A stretch of 63,292 nucleotides of DNA, counting the filler, from Choristocarpus tenellus KU-1152 (taxonomy: Eukaryota > Protista > Phaeophyceae), in the NCBI GenBank assembly GCA_964200185.2. It is 10 parts of 10 records of this genome, joined end to end, with 100 filler letters (N's around TTAATTAATTAA, not from the genome) between each part and the next. Parts side by side here need not be neighbours in the genome. Positions count along the whole stretch, not along the records: positions 21,841 to 27,023 come from CAXNAD020011590.1; positions 27,124 to 29,903 come from CAXNAD020024813.1; positions 30,004 to 38,364 come from CAXNAD020004808.1; 7 more parts are not named here. The stretch is one strand, 5' to 3'. The notes under the pieces were generated by a model. That model was not told where the DNA came from. It searched no databases and worked only from the letters and a program-made list of their open reading frames with translations. A program made the translations under genes and the position numbers. Positions 22,227-35,026 of the stretch are shown here, piece by piece; position 1 is the stretch's first letter; each line of letters opens with the position of its first letter.

Positions 22227-25200
22227 ACAATGGGGTTCGATGATGAGAGGATCATGACCATCTTTGATATTGTCGCGGGGTTGATCCACCTTGGGGAGGT
22301 GGAGTTTGAGGCCAACAGTGAGGATGAATCCGCAAAGCTTTCGGAGGAGGATGGAGTCAGGTGTGTGTATTCATGCTGCGCATTGCTGTAGAGATGTACT
22401 TCATGTGAGGAAGAAATGTTGTTGGTTAGAGGATGGGGGGTAGGTAGGTAGGCAGGTAGGTAGGTAGGTAGATGTTGTTAGAGCAGGAGATGTTCTGATT
22501 CGGTAGTTGCAAAGCGGTCATTGTAACTTGTTGGTTTGGAACGAAACGGTGATTGCAAAGAAAACTATTTTGTTTTGTTTGATAGGCGTAACTGTTCCTG
22601 TAACTGTCGTTTTTGGAATGAAGGGGGAGTAGTTGTAAAAAAAAACTATCATGTTTTGTTTGGTAGTTGTAACTGTCGTTTTTGGAACAAAACAGTAGTT
22701 ATTGTAAAATAAAAACTGTCCTGTTTTGTTTGATAGTTGTAACTGTCATTTTGGAACAAAACAGTCGTTGTAAAAAAAACAAACTCACATGTTGATTTTT
22801 TCCAGTATGGCAACAACGCATTTGCTATTGCAATGATTAATATTGCCATTGTAGAAAATATTTTTAGGTATGTTTTTGTTGTGGTTTTAAGGATTTCTGG
22901 AGGGGGAGATAGTGCAGTTTCTTTTTATTATATATACTTACGAGTGGAAAGATGTACCAACCTCATGCTACTTGTACCACTACTGCAGATAGTACTAGTA
23001 CCTCTAGTACCAGTACCTCTAGTACCAGTACCTCTGGTACCAGTACCCCTAGCACCAGTACCTCTAGTACCAGTACCTCTAGTACTAGTACCTCTAGTGC
23101 TGGTACTACTACTGCAGCTGGTACTAGTCCTACTTTTGCGATATTCATACGATACACTCCGTAAGAAAACCTTGTAATGTGTACAGTGCCTTTGTCCAAA
23201 ATAGTGCATTTAAATTTTTTCTCGAGCATCGTGTTTTTTTTTTAATTTTTCCTCTTAACTTAACCTTTTGATCATGGATTTGGGACCCCCCTCCGACTGA
23301 AGTGAACAAGCAAGAACAAAGACAGCCAGAATATTTTTGATTTGTAATATTTAGATAATGACATTGATTCGTAATATTTGTATGATAAGATTGACTCATA
23401 ATATTTAAATATGACTATTGATTAATGCTATTTAAATATTAATAGTGATTGTAATGTTTAAAATCACCTTACTCTGATCGCAAGTCTTACCGTCTTCTTC
23501 AAACTCGAGTCTACTAATGCTTCTGACAAACGATTCCTTGTTGTATGTTGGGACCCTTACTTCATCTCCCACCACATCGTGTTCTTTTTTGTGTGTGTGT
23601 GTGTGTGTGTCTGTGGTGGGGATGGTGGGGAAGGGGGGAAATCCCACTTATCATAACGCCTCCGTATCAATGAGAACACGCACACCGACTACTGTATACT
23701 ACCGTTGTAAAATACAAAATAACTGTCCCTTTTCGGTTTCTTTTTCTTTTTCTTTTTTTTGAATCTCGTTTGTTGTTTTTCATTTATTTATTTATTTTTC
23801 TGGTTTGGTTGCAGTGAGTGCATGGCGCGCGTGTGCCGACTGTGCTATCTCCCCGAGGCTGGCCTTCTCAACGCCTTGACAATGAAGACCATTGAGGTGG
23901 GGCCGAGAAAGGAGAAGACCACCATCAAGCTCAAAGATCACCAGGCAAGTACCATCCTTGTCTGTAGTACTGTCGTCAACTTGACTAATATAACAGCAAT
24001 ACATACTTGAGTTGATAAAATAATGTACGTAACATAGGTGAAACAGATGGAAGCGAAAAGTTTCTTTGATCCTTGAATTATATCATCTCAAGGAAGGTCA
24101 CCACTAAAGGTATACCTTTAGTTGGACGATGGCTATCACGCGTGCATCTATGCATCTATGCATCTATGTACTTGAAATAGTAGACACATCTTTTGTTAAA
24201 TTGAATAATTAGGTAGAGTAGTTCACAAGGGTCACAAGAAATACTTTCTTCGGATGAAACGGGTGGCTGTTCCATTTTATTGTTCATTTTTAATTTTTTG
24301 AAGAGTGTAAATAATCTCGATAATGATGTTAAAAAGAAGTTTTTGAACTAAGAGACTTCCTGGAGAAGAGAGTGAGACTACTATCTTTCCAGAAGTGTCT
24401 TGAAGGCGGATTTTGAAAGTACGATTACGCCTGCTAAGAACATGAAAGAATGTAGGGTGAGACATGTTAAGTGTGTATACGTAATGGATACTGATGTGTG
24501 TCTGCTAACACACACACACACACACACACTATGGTAGATGGTTAATATTGAAGTGGATTGGAATCAAATCCGATGATGTGGTTAACGGAATAGAATCTAC
24601 TTGTGTTGGGTATATATAAGGAATTTGGTAATGAAAGTAGCGAGAATCAAAGGTATTCAAATCTAACGATTTAATAACAAAAAGGATTGAATCTGATTGT
24701 AAACAAACAAAAAACGACTGGAGTGCTGCGTTAGAATTGTATGTTGGCAACGCTCGAGATAGACAGTGTGCAATTAAAAAAAGAAGTGATGAGGGTATGT
24801 AAGCTGTTGTTTAATTGGTCAACTTTTTGTGCTACGCACCATTTATGGAGGTATTAATACTCATTATTATTACTATTATTATTATTATTATTATTACCAT
24901 TATTATTACTAGTAGTAATAGTAGTAGTTCTCATTTTTATTATTATTATTATTAGTAGTAGTAATATTGTTTTATTTTTTGAACTTGTGGTGGTGTCGTT
25001 GTGTTTCTACATATCCTAACCTTGTGATCAGAAAATATTTATGAACATGTGAAGGCTTAGACTTCCGAATGCCCTTTTTAAATTAAATTTATGTTTGTCT
25101 TAAACCGGAAGGTTGATCCTTTTTTACTGAGGGGGGGTGGGGGGGAGGAATTAGTGTATTCTGTATCATTCCTCCGAAGTGCCAAATCTTAAAAATAATT

Positions 25201-25527
25201 TCAATCATCTTTCATTTTTCAAGTCATTATTTCACACGGATAAAATTAAACAACATAGCGCTGTGTACTCAACCTCCTCCTGAGAAATTTTATAAATAAA
25301 TATCTCGATTGATTGCAATGCAACTGTGCTGTGAGTAATATAATAATAATAATAATTAACCAACAGGCGTATGATGCTCGAGATGCCCTTGCGAAGGCGT
25401 TTTATGGTCGTCTATTTGATTGGCTGGTGGGGACAATCAACAGGAACATTTCTTGTGACAAGAAGAATGTGAAGGCATCCATTGGCGTGCTGGACATCTT
25501 TGGTTTTGAGTGTTTCGAACACAACAG
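22227..25527 (+). CDS. Myosin motor domain, three internal exons (partial gene)
   Basis: Exons 22227-22360, 23815-23944 and 25367-25527 join in frame: [27 protein letters not shown]...[13 protein letters not shown]...[27 protein letters not shown]...[16 protein letters not shown]. The RDALAK..Y..LF.WLV and switch-II LDIFGFE motifs are diagnostic. Confidence 0.95.
22520..22780. repeat. Intronic ~70-bp degenerate tandem repeat (~4 units)
   Basis: Recurring tgtaactgtcgtttttggaa...ttgtaaaa...tgttttgtttg. Confidence 0.7.
22970..23130. repeat. 15-bp minisatellite (GTACCTCTAGTACCA)n
   Basis: About 8-10 degenerate units, which produce the spurious VPLVP/GTRGT/TSTSS ORFs. Confidence 0.85.
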
Positions 25528-25534
25528 GTGAGGC

Positions 25535-26540
25535 AAGAGAGAGAAAGAGAAAAGGAGAGAAAGGTAGAGAGAAAGATAAAGAGAAAGAGAGAAAAGGAGA
25601 GAAATGTAGAGAGAAAAAGATAGAAAAAGATAAAAAGATAAATAGAAAAGGAGAGAAAGAGAAAGAGAAAGATGAAGAGAGAGAGAAAAGAAGCGAAATA
25701 TAGAGAGAAAAAGATAGAAAAAGATAAAAAGATTAAGAGAAAAGGAGAGAAAGATAAACAGAAAGAGAGAAATAAAGAGGAAAAGAGAGAGGAAAAGATA
25801 GAAAGATAAATAGAAAAGGAGAGAAAGAGAAAGAGAAAGAGAAAGAGAAAGAGAAAGATAAATAGAAAAGATAGAAATATAGAGAGAAAGAGAAAAAAAG
25901 AGAGAAAAGGAGAGAATGATAATGAAATCGAAAGAAAGAGAAAGAGAAAGAAAAAAGAGAAAGAGAAAGAGAAGACCAGATTTTTAAACTGCAGGTGGGT
26001 TGACGTTTTTTTCATACTAGGTATCTTTCTACTTTTTTTTCTAGCGTTGTATCATTCACTATTCATCCTGTGCTGTGTAATTGTTTTGTTATCTAGTTTT
26101 ACATCTATATATATTTTTGGGGGTGGGGGGTATTTTTTTGGTGTTTCTTTTTTGTTGTCTATTTTTACATCTATTTTTTTGGGGGGGGGTTATTTTTTGT
26201 TTCTTTTTTGTTTTCTATTTTTATATCTATGTTTATTTGGGGGGGTAGGTATTTTTTTGTCTTTTTTGTTGTCTATTTTTACATCTATTTTTTGGGGGGG
26301 GGGTATATTTTTTGTTTTTCTTTTTTTTGTCTATTTTTACATCTATTTTTTTGGGTGGGGGAAATATTTTTTGTTGTCTTTTTTTACATCTGTTTTTTTG
26401 CAGGGGAGATATTTTTATTTTTTATTTTTTTACATGTGTGCTTTTTTGTCGGGAGGTATTTTTTGTTTTTCTTTTTTTGCCTATTTTTACATCTCTATAT
26501 ATATATTGGGGGGGGATATTTTTCTTTTTTTTTGTTGTTA
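25535..26540. repeat. Polypurine (GA-rich) tract 25535-25980 followed by a ~55-60-bp T-rich minisatellite with G runs, 26090-26540
   Basis: The first part is almost purely A/G. The second repeats ctatttttacatctattttttt-ggggg-gtatttt about 8 times. Confidence 0.85.
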
Positions 26541-28139
26541 ATGGTAGTGTACCTTGTCTTGGTTCAGGACCATTTGAAGTGTTTTTTGAAAGGGATTCTA
26601 TGTATTACCAGAGTTACAATAATTTTAAGGCTCTACGTTCTTTGGAAGAGAAAAAAAAATGATTTAATTTTTTTTTTTGCGCAACTTATTGTTGTTGCAA
26701 GATGATGAGTTTGGTGTTGATTTTGGCTCTATTGTTCTACTGGTAAAGTGAGACAAAAAAACAAAACAAACTTGCATTAGGTACGTTTTGAGTTAAGAGC
26801 TCGTTCCCAAATGAGTTCCGCCGTGGGTAGTAGAGAGAGCCTCGAGTTTTATTTCATCCCGTGATTCTTTTTGGGAGAAAGTGTTTAAAAAAAATAAAAT
26901 GTTTGAAGTTGCAGCAGCAGCAGCAGCATTCAAATGGCATACTTTTGTTGGTTTTTGCTTTACATGTAAGGGGGAGGGGGGGGGGGAAATACGTTTTTAT
27001 TTTTTTTTTTTTTGATGGAGGGGNNNNNNNNNNNNNNNNNNNNNNNNNNNNNNNNNNNNNNNNNNNNTTAATTAATTAANNNNNNNNNNNNNNNNNNNNN
27101 NNNNNNNNNNNNNNNNNNNNNNNCCACGAGCGTATACTGCTCGCGCTGGTTAAAGCGCAGGAAGAAATACTTGCGCTATTCGCCTGTAACATGCCCCCAG
27201 CGTGAACTAGGTATACATATTTCACGCTTACCACAGGCGATTATCACCGGTTAAGACAATAGATATTACCTGTCACCTCAGATCACGCTGTAGCAGCATG
27301 AGTTAGTTGCCATCACACAAAAGAGGGGCTCCAGTTCCAACTTGTCAGTTGTTTCCAACCCAGGGACCTCGGTTCCAAATTCCAGGTAGTTCCAACCAAT
27401 GATTTGACATATCTCCCAGTTTCTTCTTGAGAATATTACCTCAAAAGTCTTAAAACACAGTCAAAATCAATAAATATCTGAGCTAATCAGAGCATATATT
27501 TTTGTTAAAAATATATAACTTCAACTAGCTCCGGAATCGATCAACACATATCCATGTTTTTCTTGGGATAATTTATCCTAAGAGGCACAGAATATAATTT
27601 ACATCTCGGCTAGTCTGAGTATGTACTTGCTCTTTCTAAAACATCTTCAACAATTGCAAAGTATACACCTCTGACATGACCTAAAATGAATGGGACCCCA
27701 GTTCCGATCATCTTAATCACAAATGTGATTCATCTCTACAATTCTTTTAATAAGAGTCTATCTACAAGGTCATAGAATGTACTCTTATTCAAATTGTGTC
27801 TGCCTAACCTAAATATGTCTGTTCTTTTGGGCTGGGACTTCAGGATAACGAAATGGAGAAAATAAGAAAATCCAAAAATAAAACAAAAGAAGAATGTATC
27901 CTATATAATATCCTATATAGCAATGTTTACTACAAGTGATTGTTACTGGTGAATACAATAGACATCATTAATCGCCTCAAATCATCCTGTAGCAGGGAGA
28001 AGGAAGAGCAGAAAAATATGCCAAACTTCTACTACTGGGCCTAAACATGTATCCTTATCCTACTTGGGGAAATCTGTCTGCGTCTAGCCTAAATCTGAGT
28101 ATACCTTTGCTCTTTCTAAAGTACAGCTTCCTTAAAGTG

Positions 28140-28805
28140 CTGAGTATCATCTGATTATTGCCTGCCTCATGCCCCCCAGCAGGAAGCATTCTGATAACTG
28201 CTAGTGCGTAAAACAGGCAATAACTTCAACATCAGCGCCCAAAATAAATAATATATAAAATAAAATAGATGATAAAAGGGATAGAAAAGAAAGAATTGAA
28301 GGTAGAGCATAGTAAGGGCGCAAGGGGGTACCTGGTCTGATAGAAAGGGAGAAAGCAAAAAATGAAATAAAATGAAAATAGCAAAGAAGTAAAAAAGGAA
28401 AAAAATAATAATGAAAAAAAAGAAAATAAATAAAAGCATCCTATGAAAGTTACTGTCTGGTCTGATATGGGTTACTTCATATTTCTGACTTCTGCTATCA
28501 TACTATGTTCCACGCTGGGACTATCAGTATACATCTATTTCTTTTGAATTAAACCTTCAAAAGTTACAAAATACATAGCTCTGATTGGGCATACTCTTTC
28601 TTCTTACTCGCTTTCTTCTAGTTCTTCAACACTTACTACTTTGTGCGTCTTCCTTTCCAACCTTCCCGGTTATATAAATGCGAGTGCTATCAAGGATTAG
28701 ACTTATATCATTCATGACCTACACTGCATCTGATTATTGCCTGTCCTATGTCCCCCATGCACAAAGCATACTCAAGGCTGCTAGTGTGCAAAACAGGCAA
28801 ATAAA
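28140..28805. repeat. Duplicated ~80-bp segment (28146-28222 and 28725-28802), each followed by an A-rich tail; probably decayed retroelement ends
   Basis: catctgattattgcctg.c.....ccccc.....aagcat.ct....ctgctagtg....aacaggcaa occurs twice. 27605-27640 also resembles 28080-28120. Confidence 0.5.
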
Positions 28806-29833
28806 ATAAAATAAATAAATAAAGAAGGGTCAATGAGAGTAACAGTGCTAATACTAAATATAAAATGAGCAATAAATAGAAAATAAATAATAAAAAAATG
28901 TGTATGATGAGGGTAACAAAGTGGAAACTGAATAGTAAATAAAATAAAAATAAAAGCATAAAAAGTAAAAGGGAAGAAAAAAAAGAAAAACTCTCAGTAA
29001 ATAAGGAGAGTAACAACTATGAAAAGAAAATGAAATTTAAAAATCATGGGATGATGGGATGAGGCTAAAAATTAATAAACTTAAAAAACATAAGGATTCA
29101 AGATCACAGACAGTTGTTACAAAATAGAAAAGAGAAAAAAAAAATAGTGAGTTCAATGATTGTCTTTTCTAAGGACTTCGGCCTATAGAACCAATGTATA
29201 TTAATGTGTGGTAAAATGTGGGCAGCTTCTTCATTCCAACTTCTGCTGTCTCGTGTTCCTTTCAGTGCCTATGATTATCATTGCTTTAATCTCTTGTTCT
29301 AACATGTACCGGTTGAACCTCACCTCGTCCTTCAGGCATACATTTGTTACCAGCTGGGATGTTTTCTGGAGGAGGCACTCATCTCTCTCCTGCTGAATTC
29401 CTCCTTACCTCCATTCTGTAACCATACCCTCCAGTGGGGTGGCTTGAACTCAAAAACTGGACCTTGTCCTACCAGTCTCTTCAGCTTCCATCCATCCAAA
29501 ATGTTTGACACTAGTACTTAGAGGGAAGAGACGCAGTACATCCTCTCAAGGCAAGAGTTGTTCTTGGGTGGGAACATTAGTTGGACATGGTCTTGTGTTA
29601 GGGTTGTGAAGGTCCTAGAAGGCATGATAAACATCCAACTCTAGTAAGTTAAAGCTGTTCATTTCTTCTGTTCAGTTAAAAAGCTGTTCATTTCTTCTGT
29701 TTAGTTACCTAGTCTAACAACTATCCACCTTAGGACTTTCCTTTGTACCAAAATGCCATTTGCTAAGGTCTGACAAGGGTATATTGTTACTGCTCGATCT
29801 AGGTGTTGGAATGTTGACAAAAGGTACCCATGG

Positions 29834-29903
29834 GACCCAAAGTATCTGGGAGGGGGGGGGTCTACACCAGGGGTGTCCATGTGGACCAAAATCAGGAAAA
29901 GTG
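29834..29903. mobile_element. G-tract MITE fragment at contig end
   Basis: gacccaaagtatctgggagggggggggtctacaccaggggtgtccat matches 49682 and 62513. Confidence 0.85.
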
Positions 29904-31030
29904 NNNNNNNNNNNNNNNNNNNNNNNNNNNNNNNNNNNNNNNNNNNNTTAATTAATTAANNNNNNNNNNNNNNNNNNNNNNNNNNNNNNNNNNNNNNNNN
30001 NNNGGGGGGGGGAACATAATATTCCACTCTCAGGGTAAAATGGGGAATGAAGGCAAGAAACCTGTCAATACTATCATATTTTGACAGTGGTGAGTAGGAC
30101 CAGCTTTAACGGCTCAACATTCGAATCTGCTAAGAAGACGAAGCTTGGAGAAAGTCGTAATCTGAACAAGCTTCCCTGGCTAGCCGTCATGATGCAACAC
30201 GCTCCGATTTGTCAAAAACTCAAACGAGCAACAATCCCAAACGGGCGTGCTGAAAAATACCTCGGTAAGAATCAACGACCATGCAAAAAGAGGGCAAGTT
30301 TTTCATCGAACACCCTTCCGAGGGGTGAGTAGCAATGTCAAAGCGCAGAGAATATCATAAACAAAACATCTTCAAATGACACATGCCACAATTTGGGGTA
30401 ATTTTCTGTACACCATACTTCGACAATGGAGTCAATTCCACACCTCCACTCAGCTTGGCTTAATGCTCATCAAATCTGACTTCTTCTGGCTGGTTGCAAG
30501 ACTTAAGTCGTGCTATGTGTACCATTTACATGCAGTGCTAAGGTGGTAGCAAATTCGATTTTGGTGAGGGTCGGTTTCATTGTGTTTACCTTCTATTCCT
30601 CACTTTGTAGAATAGTGGTAGACCCCGGAAAATTTTAATGTACGTCATCTGGTAGGAGCTTTGAACAGTGTTACGGAACAACAAATTTGACGATCAACAA
30701 CAATATGGTATTGTTACATACATACTCTTCACCAAGTTTTGTCTCCATAGTAAAAATCAGTGAATAAGAAAGAACAAGAACTTGGTTCAAGTATCCCGTG
30801 ACACCTTCCAGTTGTCCCGTTTCCTTGTTTCAAAAGGTCAGAACAACAGATGACGTCGTACATGACAAAGAAGTTTGTTGACGACCAAATTAGTCTGGAA
30901 AAAAGGAGTGAAACTAAGGTCCTCTTCAAGGTTACATCGTTTACGTCTACTGCAAGGCTACAACAGTGAGGCAGTACTTAAAGCATAAAATCTGACATAG
31001 TCCAGCGTCATTCGAGGTGGTCTGTATGCA

Positions 31031-34000
31031 ATGGTACCGCTCAGGTGCCGATCTGTGATTACTGGGGTAGTCGGATTTGCCTTATTGGGTACTAAGGTAA
31101 GTGTTGAGAGTTTCAAGTTTATTTCTCCTTGTCCTGGAGGAGCAGTGGCGGGGCTATCGTGTGGTCAGGCCCAGACATCTGCACGATATGCCTTCCGCTC
31201 GGGAAAATCGATACCTGGATGGACTGCTTTGGATGCAAAGAGGAGTCTGTCGTTGGGAAGACTCTCAATGGTGTTAGACAGCACACCTCCAGTGAGTATA
31301 GCCCGTTCTGTTTGAAATACGGCTTTGTATACTACGCCCACCCTGCTTGAGTAGGCGACTGCATATGATCTGGATGTGGAAGAAATACTTTATTCTCCGC
31401 TTGCTATTGCTGCTCCCTCGTAGATGTGGGGGTTGGGGAGGATATTTGCTTCCCCGGAAAGATGTTGATCTATTTTGGATTGTAGAGTTTCATCCTCATC
31501 GTGAGTGTGGAGGCTGTTCATGACTAGGTGTGTTCTATTGAAGGAGAGAGAATGGCGTCAAGCTTGTGGCAACTAGCTTCTTTTTCGTTATCCAAAAACT
31601 TCATGGAATTGCCTGTCTTACCATCCTTGGTTTGCGATGAGACAATAAATGTTCTTGAGTGTACCGGGAGGGGAAGATTCTCAGATGTTCATATTTGATA
31701 TTTATAATATCGGTCCCTCCTTTGCGCAGACTGAGTCGCCATCTTCACCATCAGGGCCATCTTTCCTTCCCGAAGTCCTGCGGAAGCCTTGGGAGAGGAT
31801 TTCCAGTGACCCCGCAAAGTTGTCATTTGCTCTTAACACGCTGGTCATCGTCCTATTTGCTTCAGCAGCCTTCTACAAGTTGTCCACCGTAGATATGGAC
31901 ATTTCTCGGGGGTGGACATGGTATGAAATACTCCTCAGGTGATTATTGCGCCCTACCCCTCAGGTGTTCCCCATCCAGTAAAGCGGCTGCCAACAGGTCG
32001 AAATGGTTAACCATATGCCGATCTATCTTTTAAAATTAACCCATACTAGTACAGCCTCCCGCTTGTGGATAAGGTCATCAATAGTGCAGAATGTGTGCGA
32101 TAAACCAATCTTGAAGGCAACATAAGCCTTGACAGCAGGGGAATACTCAAACCCAAAGCACAGACAAAGGCCCTCATTTCGACTTGTCGAGGATGTTCTT
32201 AATCCTTACATTGAGATTCACTTTATATTGGTTACCTGCTGCTTGGCAACTCCGTGCTCTTCAGTACGGGGCCAATATTTGTCATTTTTGACCATATCAC
32301 ATAAAGACTTCTTGTTAGATGATATGCCATGCAATTTATTTGAGAGATGTACAATTAATGGCAATCCTCTCTGACTCTAGTGCCCCCCTATTTCAATCCA
32401 CCTCCCCATGCTGCTGCTCTTGTGTGACTGTTGTAACTTCAGAGTTCCTGGAGACAATTTTTACCGTTATGAGGCAACAGTATCAGAGTCTCCTATAGTC
32501 ACCAAGGCATTAACCTCCTGCGTGGCTTATGGGTTGGGGGATCTCACAGCCCAGCTGTTCACAGTAAGTGTTGCTCGAGGACTTGTTTTGGTGGTGAGAG
32601 CTACTGTCTATTGCTGATTGGTCAAATAGTTGAGCACGTTGTTCTGCTTGTCTCCTACTTTAGAGAGTCATAGTCAGTGTAACTGCAGACTCTCCTCTTA
32701 AGAGATGGTGAAATACTTCTGGTACCACCCGGGTAGGTACCAGTCTCACTTGGGACTGTTACAGTGTTATCTAACATATGTCTTGAAAAAGTCAGAGGCC
32801 AGGACACTGCCTGGATTAGGCTGTGGGGCATCACCCTACCTACTAGTCCCCACCACGGAAAAGAAAGTTTGTAGAGACACCACTCAGCTATGGAGACGGT
32901 GGTCTTTCATGGGACCATGGCATTACTGTATGGTATTATCTCAGTATGTCGGCAGGACATCCATGTACTAGTTCACTGGTTGGGTCTAGGAGTGCACAAG
33001 AAACTTGGTGGTTTGTCATAAAGTGATGCTAGGTGTATTTTTGTGGTTACTTGGCAGCGTGCTATTTGAATTCCAACTGTACATTATCTTGTGAGGTAGA
33101 GGTGCTTGTAAATGTCATTTGTGGTCACCTCCTTACACAGGAGAAATGCAGGCAAACATCTTCTCTCATTGTACCTCCTCTTCCTCATTTCCTTGCAAAA
33201 TCCTCTTTTGGCAGGGTAAGACAATGGAGACTATTGACTTGAGACGGACAGCACGGTCTGCTACAGCAGGTTTACTTGTACACGGACCCCTGTGCCACTA
33301 CTGGATCATGTTAATGCAGACCTATCTGGTGAGACAAAAGACAATCGTGTTGATGTTTGTTTGGATTGAATGAAGCCTATGTATGTACCTTCTACTTTTC
33401 TCTGATAATGAAGATACAACATGAAAGGAGGGGGCAGGGAGTCATTTTGTATGAGACGGTGAATCAGAGTTGGAACCCACTTCATCTGTCGTTCTTTGCA
33501 GGGAGTTGACCAAAAGTCAGTGGAATTGTAATGGTGATGACAACGAGTGTATCCAAGCCCAACAAGATCAAAATTGTACACTGTGGTGTACCACTTCCAT
33601 TAGTGGCTCTATTGATATAGGAGCTTGTACCATTCTTTGTTTGGATTGGTTCTACCATACAACCAACCAAAGTGTATTTGGGCCTCAATGTCCCCTACTG
33701 TCCCCTCAGTTTATATTTTATTGTGGTACTGCTTCATGGTTGTTGCTGCTTAGCTCTATGTTGATATGTGTGCATCATATGCTCTTCTCATTGTATCAGG
33801 ACTTTGATGGGGCATGGTGGAATTTTGTGCCCAAGGTCATTGCAGATCAGACAGTCTGGTCCCTTTTTCTCAATGCTGCCTATACCTCGATGATCACAGG
33901 ATTAAAAGGAAAGAGCCCAGAAGAGGTGAGCAGAGCTAATGGAGTGGATTCACGCAGTTGACTTCTTTTTAATGGTTATGGTGTAATTAATATGGTGTAA

Positions 34001-35026
34001 TTAACATTCATACTAACGTTCATACGTGGCACTCTTGCAAAAAGTTAAAATTGAAGGGTAACATGTAACATGCATGTAACATGTAACATGAACGGTGTCT
34101 CAGATTACTACACACTTACGAAGTGTTGACAGGCACTTGTTGTACTTTGTGAGTGATGGCAATTGTGGCAGATATTATCTAGTCCCGTGTTGAAAAGGCG
34201 TAGCTACAATAAAACGTGCCCTTAAGTGTTGTGGTTGAACAGTACTAACAAGATTGACTCGAAATTGCACAGTACCTTTTACTGAGATTGACTGTGTGGG
34301 ACCAGGGAGATGTGTTGCAGGACTGAATGGATGAATTGAGACTGCTCCACTTGACAGTGTGGTGCCTAAGTTTTGGAGGAGCAGGTAGGAAGGCTCTCGT
34401 CTTTCCACCTGTTTCTGAAATTATACTTGTAGTAACACTCAACTTGTGACTGTTGAGAAGGGTGTGAGTTGTGAAGGATATATATATATATATACCATTG
34501 TTTTGTTTCGCATCCTCCTTCAACATACCCACACACAGAATCTTTCTTTCCCCCTCTTGTTAACAATCTCCTTGTGACAACTGAATATTCTAGATTTCAA
34601 ATTGTTGCTCTCCTCTCTTCTTTTTTTTAGGTTGTGAAGGAGGTGAAGGACACCTGCTGGCCTGCGCTAACCTCCAGTTGGCGATTCTGGCCGCTGATCC
34701 ACTGTGTGTCATTCAGCACATTTATTCCAGTTGACCTTAAGCTCCTGTTCATCGACTGTATGGAGATTATATGGGTGACTATCCTCTCGACAGTTGCCAA
34801 TAAGGACCGAAAAAATGCTGTGGAGAATGACAACAATGACACTCAAGTTGTTGGTGAACTTGGAGGCAGTGGTGCTGCTGGAGGCAGTGATGGTGTGATG
34901 TCTTCAATCGAAGCCACTACTGGGGCAGTGAGGAATGAGGATGAGATGTCTGCGGGGAATGAGGAGCTCCTGGTGACGTCAGCACCTACTGCTCCAACAG
35001 TGTTGGACAAAAGTGTTAATACATGA
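31031..35026 (+). CDS. Mpv17/PMP22-family membrane protein with bipartite (signal + transit) plastid-targeting leader
   Basis: Exons 31031-31291, 31730-31938, 32443-32563, 33215-33328, 33800-33925 and 34631-35026 join in frame via GT-AG introns. Family motifs: PIVTKALTS..AY.LGD..AQ, HGPLCHYW, KVIADQTVW, SSWRFWPLIH..F..IP. The N-terminus has a hydrophobic stretch (VITGVVGFALLG), then VES-F, then an S/R/G-rich transit-like segment. Confidence 0.92.

Noticed and set aside
22833-23229. VPLVP / GTRGT / TSTSS repeat proteins
   Set aside because: They are open in many frames only because of a stop-free 15-bp minisatellite in an intron.
25437-26705. Long hydrophobic F/L/S-rich ORFs resembling membrane proteins
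   Set aside because: They are translations of polypurine and T-rich minisatellites inside a myosin intron.
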